From: a virus
IMG/VR virus record: IMGVR_UViG_3300010885_055964
Location: 1-64,000 of that record
Reading direction: 5' to 3' (one strand)
Length of the DNA: 64,000 nt
A program made the translations under genes and the position numbers. The notes below the pieces were generated by a model. It was not told the DNA's origin and made no database searches. It was given only the letters and a program-made list of their open reading frames with translations. Of this stretch, positions 49,285 to 57,293 are shown piece by piece. Each line of letters starts with the position of its first letter. Position 1 is the first letter of the stretch.

Positions 49285-50133
49285 GTGGGACAATACTGCG
49301 ACACAAAGGTCCTTGAGAAAAACTGGTTCCATTGGCTACTGTCGTCATCTGTGCCTGATCTCGAATTATATCGGGAACATGGCTTGTTATGGACAAAAGT
49401 GATTGGTTCTAACCAGTCTAGCAGGCATTTACCTAACCCGAGAAGTCCTGAACGAACACATTGCATAGCCTTAGCTAATCCGATTTACATTGACAGCAGC
49501 AATGGAAGATTACGAAGACAAGGGCATGTGGAATATGCCATTGCTTCTCGAGCACTTAGGCAAGCACATCCTCAAGGTACAGTTATCCAAGGCAAGCACA
49601 AAAGAGTAGACTTGCCTAAGCAAGTACATCCCCAAGGTACAGTTATTATCCAAGGCAAGCACAAAAGAGTAGACTTGCCTAAGATAGAAGATCTGAGCCT
49701 CCTTTCCGATAGTTGGTTGCACGATTTGAACCATCCTCTGAGACAGATCGACGAAGTTATTCCTGCATTGCTGTCTAAAGGCTACATCCTTGAATTGCCT
49801 ACTAAAACGACATGGCATTCGATGTTGGACGATATCAACAAAATGTGCCATGGCATCGCTGTAAGGTTTAAACAACCCACTGACGAAGAACAAGCAGACT
49901 TGGCCAATGAAGCCCTGATACAAGTAATACGTAAACTCGTAGATTACAAATTGGTCTATACGCCGGGACTTGCCCCAGTATTCAATCTGTTGACTACAAC
50001 AATCCATCGTTGCATGTATAGTATTATGAACCGCCGCAAAACCCAAAGAACAGGATTACAGAAGTTTAGCGATGAGGTTCAGGCTGGCATCGTCCCTGGC
50101 TACAAGTCAAACGTAAGGATCAAATCCTGCTGA
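49285..50133 (+). CDS. Sigma-factor-like protein (region 2; T4 gp55-like) with internal insertion
   Basis: INKMCHGIAVRF...DLANEALIQVIRKL..Y.P...PVFNLLTTTIHRCMYS; GTG start with GGAG RBS. Confidence 0.6.
   Translation: MGQYCDTKVLEKNWFHWLLSSSVPDLELYREHGLLWTKVIGSNQSSRHLPNPRSPERTHCIALANPIYIDSSNGRLRRQGHVEYAIASRALRQAHPQGTVIQGKHKRVDLPKQVHPQGTVIIQGKHKRVDLPKIEDLSLLSDSWLHDLNHPLRQIDEVIPALLSKGYILELPTKTTWHSMLDDINKMCHGIAVRFKQPTDEEQADLANEALIQVIRKLVDYKLVYTPGLAPVFNLLTTTIHRCMYSIMNRRKTQRTGLQKFSDEVQAGIVPGYKSNVRIKSC
49561..49683 (+). repeat. In-frame 60/63-bp tandem duplication
   Basis: QAHPQGTVIQGKHKRVDLPK / QVHPQGTVIIQGKHKRVDLPK. Confidence 0.9.
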
Positions 50134-50218
50134 AGACATTAAAACATACCCGATCGAGGTACACAAGATAGGGGTCCAGACTCCATACCGGTCCTCGATA
50201 GAATTATTGTGAACGTAT

Positions 50219-50500
50219 TTGAAAATAAGAGATCTAAAACCATACCTCTTGAGGACCCGACGAATGAACAAGTTGGTCAAAAGAGGCAAGGATGCCGATA
50301 GTATTCCTAATAGCGTTCTACAGGTACTCTCTCAGAATAAAGAAGTGTTAATTATCACTGCTAACCCGTGCCAAGGCGAATCTAATATAGCGGTATACAC
50401 CAAATTATTAGATGATAATGGGGTGTTGGCCAACACCTTAGTAGAGATACTTACCAATATAATGTTGACGGCCAATAGAAATGGTAAATGTACGACTTAA
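50219..50500 (+). CDS. Hypothetical protein
   Basis: 93-aa ORF. Confidence 0.45.
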   Translation: MKIRDLKPYLLRTRRMNKLVKRGKDADSIPNSVLQVLSQNKEVLIITANPCQGESNIAVYTKLLDDNGVLANTLVEILTNIMLTANRNGKCTT

Positions 50501-51440
50501 AACACAGCCCCAACTGATTCGCAAGCGTACAATAGTAGCCGTTCCGCCCAATATAGTGGTTAGTCATGCTAGATCACGTATGAGGAGCATACGTGATATA
50601 GCTGTACACCCTGCGACACAACCGCCTAAACATATACCAATACCGGTAGCTGTCGTTTCAGCAAAAAAGACTAGGTCTACGAAGAATATTTATATAGACG
50701 GATCTAATCAAGAACCTAAAGTCAGAAGACCCAAGATTATATATAAAACAAGTGATCCATCCCCAGACTCACGATCCAAAATACTAAAGTTAAAGAATGT
50801 CGGCCTAAACAAGGCCCTGTTGATTATAGGAAATGGTCCATCCATAAATGAAGTAGATTTCACATCTATTAAATCAATACCCAATATTCATACATTGTCC
50901 ATCAACAAGCCTGATCCACGTTTGTGGCCAACCAATTATTGGGCTTTTTTCGACACGTCGCAAGTAAGAAGACACAAGAATCTGTGGGATAGTTATGATG
51001 GCATAATATTTAACAGTACGGCCATAAAGAATCAGAAACCTAGTTCTATGCAATTTAAGAATATCGGCGGGAAAGGATTTAACCTAGACCCATCCCAAGG
51101 CATATATATTGGAAGATCATCAGTCTACGCTGCAATGCAAATAGCCATATGGATGAATTATCTAGAGATTTTTATTTTCGGTTGTGATATGAATCCTGCT
51201 GGCATCAATGGAGTATTACATTTCTATGGCGATAATCCAGATGTAAACCCAGTAGTGAGAAAGAATAGATTCAAGAACGAGGCTGAATACTATGATTTGG
51301 CGGCCGAAACATTAGACGAGCCATTAAGAAAACGGATATATTTTTGTTCTACTTATAATCACTGGAGCTTTGTAAGAAGATTTAATTCACTAGATCACAA
51401 GGAGGCTGTTGATTATATAGTAAATAAATACCAACAATGA
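50481..51440 (+). CDS. DUF115/MAF_flag10 (MptE-like) glycosylation-associated protein
   Basis: LLIIGNGPSI, SSVYAAMQIA, IFIFGCDM. Confidence 0.78.
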   Translation: MVNVRLKTQPQLIRKRTIVAVPPNIVVSHARSRMRSIRDIAVHPATQPPKHIPIPVAVVSAKKTRSTKNIYIDGSNQEPKVRRPKIIYKTSDPSPDSRSKILKLKNVGLNKALLIIGNGPSINEVDFTSIKSIPNIHTLSINKPDPRLWPTNYWAFFDTSQVRRHKNLWDSYDGIIFNSTAIKNQKPSSMQFKNIGGKGFNLDPSQGIYIGRSSVYAAMQIAIWMNYLEIFIFGCDMNPAGINGVLHFYGDNPDVNPVVRKNRFKNEAEYYDLAAETLDEPLRKRIYFCSTYNHWSFVRRFNSLDHKEAVDYIVNKYQQ

Positions 51441-51461
51441 TACTATAAATGGAGCTGAGCA

Positions 51462-52889
51462 ATGGCATCGCTTATATTTTATTTTAATCAGCAAGAATTT
51501 ATCGCTGAAACTTTAGATGATCTGTGTGATAAGACGGATATGAGTGACTTAGAAGTGATAATATGTAACGATACTGGCACTTTGATAAATGGCATACAAA
51601 TTAATCCATTGATACGTGAGAAGGTGAGAGTAATCGACAGTAACCGTGTGGGAAGGGCTAAGTCCTGGGCAGCCGCAGCGGATCAAGCTTATAATAAACA
51701 ATTAGTTTTCATAGGAGGAATTACCAAATTTTCGGAAGGATGGTTGCCTTACCTAATCGACCAACTAGATGATACTGCTATCTTGACACCTGTCATTCAT
51801 TTATTAGACACCAACATATGGCAAAGTCAAAGCAATAGATGGCAAAAGATTGGGTGGCAATGGGATCTAGAATTATGTAGTAAACCATTATCCAATGATA
51901 ATTTAACGGCAACTGTTACTTCCTATTGTTTTGCTATTGCCAAGCAGCGATACGACCAGATAGGAGGTTTAGATCTCGGCATGGACGTAGGAGGTGGTGA
52001 AGATATTGAAATATCATACAGGAATTGGATATTTGGTGGCTATTGTGCTGTAGTGCCTAAATCAGTCATAGCCACGGCAGCCCAACGAACCCCTGCAGCT
52101 AATTCATTAAGAAATATACATCGTATCATACAAGCTTGGCTACCAGAATACGAAACATATGTAAAGAGTCATTATGGAGAATTACCAGACACGGGTAAAT
52201 TTAACGATTTGCTACAGCTCGAGAGACTAAGAGTTAAATCTAACCTCGATGTGATACAGCAATTACAACCAGAGCTGCTGGGTGTTTATTCTTTGCGGCA
52301 GTCGATACAGGGCCGCTCCTTGGCCATAGTAGCTCCTGGACATTCATTCGATTATACAGACAAATCTTCGATCAATCGTAATCAAGTAGTGGTAGGTATC
52401 GATTATGTTGGTATGTGCATAGATTGCGATTATGTCATAACCGATAATGTGGATATCGCATTAGAGTTAATGAAGAAATATGAGGCCAATAAATTAATAT
52501 TACCAACAGTCATACGGAACAGGATAATAGGCCGATACGAATTCGCTGCAGAAATTTGCCCTGGAAGTATCGTTTTCGAATTAAAACAGTTTGGCCATTT
52601 AGACATATCTATCCATCCGCCATTCATAAATATAGATGATATAGTGGTAACAGCCGTGCACATGGCTTTATTTATGAAACCATCGAACATTAATTTATAT
52701 GGGGTCGATTATAGATTGATAAATTATAAGAGCCACGCTGCTAAGATTGGATATTATGAAGATGGATCAATGTTGGCTGATTCGGAGACTACTACAAACA
52801 AGTTTAGATTCAGCGAATACGCACTACATAAAATTGGAGATATAGCAGTGATCGCCGGAATACCTATTATGAGGATAAATCATTTGTGA
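51462..52889 (+). CDS. GT-A glycosyltransferase (ppGalNAc-T-like) fused to a DUF115-like domain
   Basis: TPVIHLLD; GGLDLGMDVGGGEDIEISYRNWIFGG; C-terminal IVAPGHS, NLYGVDY. Confidence 0.72.
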   Translation: MASLIFYFNQQEFIAETLDDLCDKTDMSDLEVIICNDTGTLINGIQINPLIREKVRVIDSNRVGRAKSWAAAADQAYNKQLVFIGGITKFSEGWLPYLIDQLDDTAILTPVIHLLDTNIWQSQSNRWQKIGWQWDLELCSKPLSNDNLTATVTSYCFAIAKQRYDQIGGLDLGMDVGGGEDIEISYRNWIFGGYCAVVPKSVIATAAQRTPAANSLRNIHRIIQAWLPEYETYVKSHYGELPDTGKFNDLLQLERLRVKSNLDVIQQLQPELLGVYSLRQSIQGRSLAIVAPGHSFDYTDKSSINRNQVVVGIDYVGMCIDCDYVITDNVDIALELMKKYEANKLILPTVIRNRIIGRYEFAAEICPGSIVFELKQFGHLDISIHPPFINIDDIVVTAVHMALFMKPSNINLYGVDYRLINYKSHAAKIGYYEDGSMLADSETTTNKFRFSEYALHKIGDIAVIAGIPIMRINHL

Positions 52890-52923
52890 ATGGTATCGAG
52901 TATTGATAATTCAAACATAATAT

Positions 52924-53253
52924 ATGGACATTATACACATCATATTATGTTTGCTAGTGTTATCACAAGTAATCGCGCAACTCATCACATTGGTACTACT
53001 ATACAAGATATATTACATTTTTGATAGATTTAGATTTCCCTGGGAAGAGATCAAGGCTATAACAAATGCTTGGAAAACCACAATACCCCCAAGCGATTTC
53101 TCGTCAAACAAGGATATTACGCCAACTACGGGAGCTAAAGCAGCTAGCACAGTTAAAGAACTCCCACCAGAAGCAATTGCCCCCAGTCTTAAAAGAATGC
53201 AAAGAACATCAGGCTTCGGTTCCGGTATTAGTGACAAGAACAGTGATACATAA
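52924..53253 (+). CDS. Single-pass membrane protein
   Basis: N-terminal hydrophobic helix. Confidence 0.55.
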   Translation: MDIIHIILCLLVLSQVIAQLITLVLLYKIYYIFDRFRFPWEEIKAITNAWKTTIPPSDFSSNKDITPTTGAKAASTVKELPPEAIAPSLKRMQRTSGFGSGISDKNSDT

Positions 53254-53425
53254 GTTTACTCAACAGGTGACCGTACGCAGAGAGATTAAAGTAATAATCA
53301 ATAGCGATCGTCCAAGACCATGCCAATTACCAAAAGATAGTGCGATACAGCCTGATATTGACCACGCGGTTGATGAGTTACAAGTATATAGGCTAGGTGA
53401 TGTCTTCAACGGCAGGAGAGTAGTT

Positions 53426-54508
53426 ATGCAACACTTAGGCATCGATGTGGGCACTAAGACTATAGTTTTAGCATATAGATCAGATGATAAGGTAGGATAT
53501 CTGTCAGAAATTAATGGCTATTACCCTTTCGAAAGGTGTACACCATTTATCAAGAATATGCTCAATGATCCGAATAAGGTACGGTCTGATGGCACCAAGA
53601 GACCAGCTAGGTGGTTCGAACACGATGGTAAGGCGATCGTATTAGGTAGAGATGCTGAAGAATTCGCATATGCTAAGAACGATACATTATTGAGACCAAT
53701 GGCTGAAGGCGGCATAGCAGCAGATGAAGCGGCTATGACCGTGTTAGCTGCTATAGTTCAGGGTTTAATGACTATGGCTGAGCATGATGTAGGAAAGTTC
53801 GATGATCAAGTTAAGCTATGTTATTGTACTACTGCTAAAGCGATAAACAAGCATTCGAATATAGATTATCATCAGAGAGTCGTTAATTTGGTTCTCGAGG
53901 GTTATGATACCAAGGCCAAGCTATCATATAATTCGATATATGAATCCCACGCTATTGTTATAGACATGAGTGAAGACGGTACTGGAATAGGGATATCATG
54001 GGGGGCAGGTACTGTAACTGTTAGCTACGTCAAGTACGGTTTAGAAGTATACTCTTTCTGTTGGGTAGGTGCCGGTGATTGGATAGACTCACAAGTAGCA
54101 TCTAGGCATGGGTATGATCCAAATGCTGTAAACACTATGAAGAAAAAGGCGAAGGAAACGCCGACAACTGTGGCCAAGAAGAAGACTGAAGTAGACTTGA
54201 CTCCGGGTGTAGATTATAGTAATGATAGATTAGCGATGGATATAGTGCTTCATTACGACGTGCTTATAAATCAAGTGATAGAAGGCATTGTTGAAGGCTT
54301 TAAGCAGAACGAGTCTGAAGCGAGAATTGAAGGTGCTGTGCCTATATTTATGGCTGGCGGCACCTCGTCGCCAGTTGGTTTCGTAGAAAGATGCGCTGAA
54401 AAGTTAAATCAATTAGAACCGCCTTTTGAAGTAGGAACTATCAAAAGGGCCGAACAGCCATTGTATTCCGTAGCGACTGGCTGCCTAAAGGCAGCTGAAA
54501 TGTTTTGA
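53426..54508 (+). CDS. Actin-like ATPase (MamK/ParM/MreB superfamily)
   Basis: GIDVGT, LLRPMAEG, ESHA, SWGAGT, AGDWID, MAGGTS, YSVATG; AGGAG RBS before ATG 53426. Confidence 0.82.
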   Translation: MQHLGIDVGTKTIVLAYRSDDKVGYLSEINGYYPFERCTPFIKNMLNDPNKVRSDGTKRPARWFEHDGKAIVLGRDAEEFAYAKNDTLLRPMAEGGIAADEAAMTVLAAIVQGLMTMAEHDVGKFDDQVKLCYCTTAKAINKHSNIDYHQRVVNLVLEGYDTKAKLSYNSIYESHAIVIDMSEDGTGIGISWGAGTVTVSYVKYGLEVYSFCWVGAGDWIDSQVASRHGYDPNAVNTMKKKAKETPTTVAKKKTEVDLTPGVDYSNDRLAMDIVLHYDVLINQVIEGIVEGFKQNESEARIEGAVPIFMAGGTSSPVGFVERCAEKLNQLEPPFEVGTIKRAEQPLYSVATGCLKAAEMF

Positions 54509-54613
54509 CATAATATGTGACGGACTGCATTTGTATTCTGGTTAGTATTGATATGTGTTTGTATCGAAGTGGCCATTGTATTCAAAAGCAAAAACTTTCA
54601 ATAGATATGAACA

Positions 54614-56062
54614 ATGGCATATGATCCCAAAGATTATAGTGGTTCTACGCAATTTGTACATTTGCACAATCACACTGTATTTTCTGCTCTGGATGGTGTA
54701 GCCACTCCAGAACAATACGCTAAATTATGCTCTGAGCGTGGGTATCCTGCTATGAGTGCTACTGAGCACGGGCATATGGCATCGGTACCCGACATGTACT
54801 TGGCGTTTAAAAAATATGGAATCAAGTATATTCCAGGATGTGAAATATATTATAATGACTGGGAACCGCATAGACAAACGCTGGAACAAAGCGGAACAAA
54901 GGTCAGATCTCCCGAATGGAGAAAAAATAATCCTGATATTTCTGCTAGGATATCTAGAAACAGACATTTAACTATATTATGTAAAAACGAAGTAGGATAC
55001 CATAATTTATTAAAACTTACTACTCAAGCATATGAGACTGGTTTATTCGGCATGGGTAGGACGCAGTATAACCGAATATGGTTTGAAAAGCTATGTGAGT
55101 ATAAAGAAGGTCTTATTATATTATCAGGCTGCTTAAATGGCCCAATTAGTCATGAACTTAGGCATCGCTTCCTTAAGGATAAAGAAGGCGTCAAGATTTT
55201 CGAACGAGATAAACAACAAGCTTTCAATGATGCTATAAAATATGTAAAGATGTTTAAAAAAGAATTTGGTGATGACTATTATATAGAATTACAGATGCCT
55301 GGTATTGAAGCCATTGATAAGTGGGGCGAAAAAACGGTAAGTGATGATGCTGTCTTCAAGTGGTCAATAGCTATAGCCGATAAATACAATATACCTGTCG
55401 TTTTGACCAATGATTGTCATTATTTAGATCGCAAAGACTTCGAATTGCAAAAGCTTATGATGGCTGTGGCTCAAGAAACAACTATGGATTCTCCCGATTT
55501 ATTTCATGTTAATAGTAGTGAGCAATTCGTACAATCTAGAGCTGAATTGTGGTCTAGATTTAAAAACAATAAATATAGCGAAGGTATAGACGATAGAATA
55601 TTTGAAGTGATGTGTGATAATACATTGAAAATAGCAGAAAAATGCGTAGCATTTGATGTAGACACGTCCCCTAAGATACCTGAAATAGATAATGCTGATG
55701 ATTCTATCAAGCAGATCGTAGCCAAACGCTTAAAGGAAGGTGGATACGATAAAATAACTAAGAGATATTTAATAGACGGAAAAGAAGTGACATACGTTGA
55801 GCAAGCTAAAATAGAATTAAATAGATTTATCGATAAGGGATATTCGAGTTATTTTTTAATAACTCAAGATCTTGTTAACTATGGTAGACAAAGAGGTTGG
55901 CCGTTTAGCCCAAGAGGCAGTGCTGGTGGTTCTTTGGTGTGTTTCTTGATGGGCATCCATACGTTGAATCCTATGTTGTGGGGTCTATCGTTTGATAGGT
56001 TTTTATCACCTAGTAGAGGTGGTTATATGTTAAACGTAGACATGCCAGATCCAATCAGTTGA
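54614..56062 (+). CDS. dnaE: Split DnaE, N-terminal part: PHP domain plus GS-motif palm segment
   Basis: HLHNHT, TEHG, GCEIY, SGCLNG, TNDCHY; RGSAGGSLVCFLMG..NP and FDRFLSPSR; ends DMPDPIS. Confidence 0.9.
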   Translation: MAYDPKDYSGSTQFVHLHNHTVFSALDGVATPEQYAKLCSERGYPAMSATEHGHMASVPDMYLAFKKYGIKYIPGCEIYYNDWEPHRQTLEQSGTKVRSPEWRKNNPDISARISRNRHLTILCKNEVGYHNLLKLTTQAYETGLFGMGRTQYNRIWFEKLCEYKEGLIILSGCLNGPISHELRHRFLKDKEGVKIFERDKQQAFNDAIKYVKMFKKEFGDDYYIELQMPGIEAIDKWGEKTVSDDAVFKWSIAIADKYNIPVVLTNDCHYLDRKDFELQKLMMAVAQETTMDSPDLFHVNSSEQFVQSRAELWSRFKNNKYSEGIDDRIFEVMCDNTLKIAEKCVAFDVDTSPKIPEIDNADDSIKQIVAKRLKEGGYDKITKRYLIDGKEVTYVEQAKIELNRFIDKGYSSYFLITQDLVNYGRQRGWPFSPRGSAGGSLVCFLMGIHTLNPMLWGLSFDRFLSPSRGGYMLNVDMPDPIS

Positions 56063-56088
56063 TTTATTACAATTGCTGGAGTCATTAA

Positions 56089-56580
56089 ATGACAGAGACA
56101 AAAGATTTAGAAATAGCGATTAGCGAACTTAAGCATTCTATAAAGATTCATCTGTTAATAATGGCAGGTCCGAGCCAGCAGCTTTGTGCTTTTTTGGTAA
56201 AAACGATCGATTTATTAGAAGATGATGATATTCAAAGGAAAAAGCAGGAAACATTGTTGTTGGCCTTTAGTATCGTAGAGGCAATAGCGGTGCATGTTCA
56301 ACAGGCGATTGATGCGAGGGGCCAAGTAGCGAAAAACAAAGGTAATCATATGCCAGAGAATGTCAGATCTTATTCTGATAATATATTAATAACGTTAGGC
56401 CAGGTAAGAGGACTAAATGACAAGAGGGTGGCTAAAACGGCTGTGCTTGTCGCTATAGGCAAAGCATTAGATGCTCTGGGGACATTTACTGGCGCAGTAT
56501 ACCCTACGATTTTTGAAGTTGATGGACGTCAGCTGAATAATCACCAGACAAGACCCGGAGAACAAGCGGAGACATTATGA
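56089..56580 (+). CDS. Hypothetical helical protein
   Basis: 163 aa, GGAG RBS. Confidence 0.6.
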   Translation: MTETKDLEIAISELKHSIKIHLLIMAGPSQQLCAFLVKTIDLLEDDDIQRKKQETLLLAFSIVEAIAVHVQQAIDARGQVAKNKGNHMPENVRSYSDNILITLGQVRGLNDKRVAKTAVLVAIGKALDALGTFTGAVYPTIFEVDGRQLNNHQTRPGEQAETL

Positions 56581-56831
56581 AGGATTTTAGCTGGTACACC
56601 GCCGTTATTGTATTCGTTATATATATATTATTCGATATATTATATGCTCTTTATGTCATGTGTGTTAGTCAACAAAGAGCTTTGCGGGCTAGTGTTATAA
56701 GCTCGATATTATATAGCATAGGTGCATATGGGGTTATGAATTATTTAGAGAATCCATTGTACATTATTCCCTTAGCATGCGGTGCGTTTATAGGCACTTT
56801 TATTGCTGTGAAATATATGGGCCATTTGTAA
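56577..56831 (+). CDS. Small three-helix membrane protein
   Basis: 84 aa, almost fully hydrophobic. Confidence 0.65.
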   Translation: MKDFSWYTAVIVFVIYILFDILYALYVMCVSQQRALRASVISSILYSIGAYGVMNYLENPLYIIPLACGAFIGTFIAVKYMGHL

Positions 56832-56840
56832 TTAGGCAGA

Positions 56841-57293
56841 TTGAATAGCGGAATAACGTGTATTAGGAAGAACATGAACATCAATTATGAGAAGACTGCC
56901 TTTGTGCTGATCAAACCTCCTTCTAAGGTAGTTTCTACACATAAGATCAACAACAGGCATGAGCATATCAAGCTAATCGAGACAGCTAAACATAATGAAT
57001 TGTTGCTATATTATTCCCATGTCATAAAAAAAGGAAATAAATATTACACTGATCAACCGTTAATAGTTGATGAAGAATCAGCTAAAAACTATATCGATAT
57101 GTTCTCTGACAACACAGAGAAGGAGGACAGTGTTGAAGTTCAGCCCAGTGTTCAGGTCGCACCGCCAATCACAGAAGAACGGTCGCTTGTATGTCCTTTT
57201 TGTAATAAAAAAATGTCAAGCACACCGGGGCGGACTTTACACATTAAATCTAAACATCCCGATAAGTTAGATGAGTACAAGGGCATGCTATGA
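56841..57293 (+). CDS. Protein with C-terminal C2H2 zinc finger
   Basis: CPFC...LHIKSKH. Confidence 0.65.
   Translation: MNSGITCIRKNMNINYEKTAFVLIKPPSKVVSTHKINNRHEHIKLIETAKHNELLLYYSHVIKKGNKYYTDQPLIVDEESAKNYIDMFSDNTEKEDSVEVQPSVQVAPPITEERSLVCPFCNKKMSSTPGRTLHIKSKHPDKLDEYKGML

Noticed and set aside
53066-53425. N-terminal extension of the actin-like ORF
   Set aside because: Overlaps the upstream membrane-protein gene; a strong AGGAG RBS supports ATG 53426
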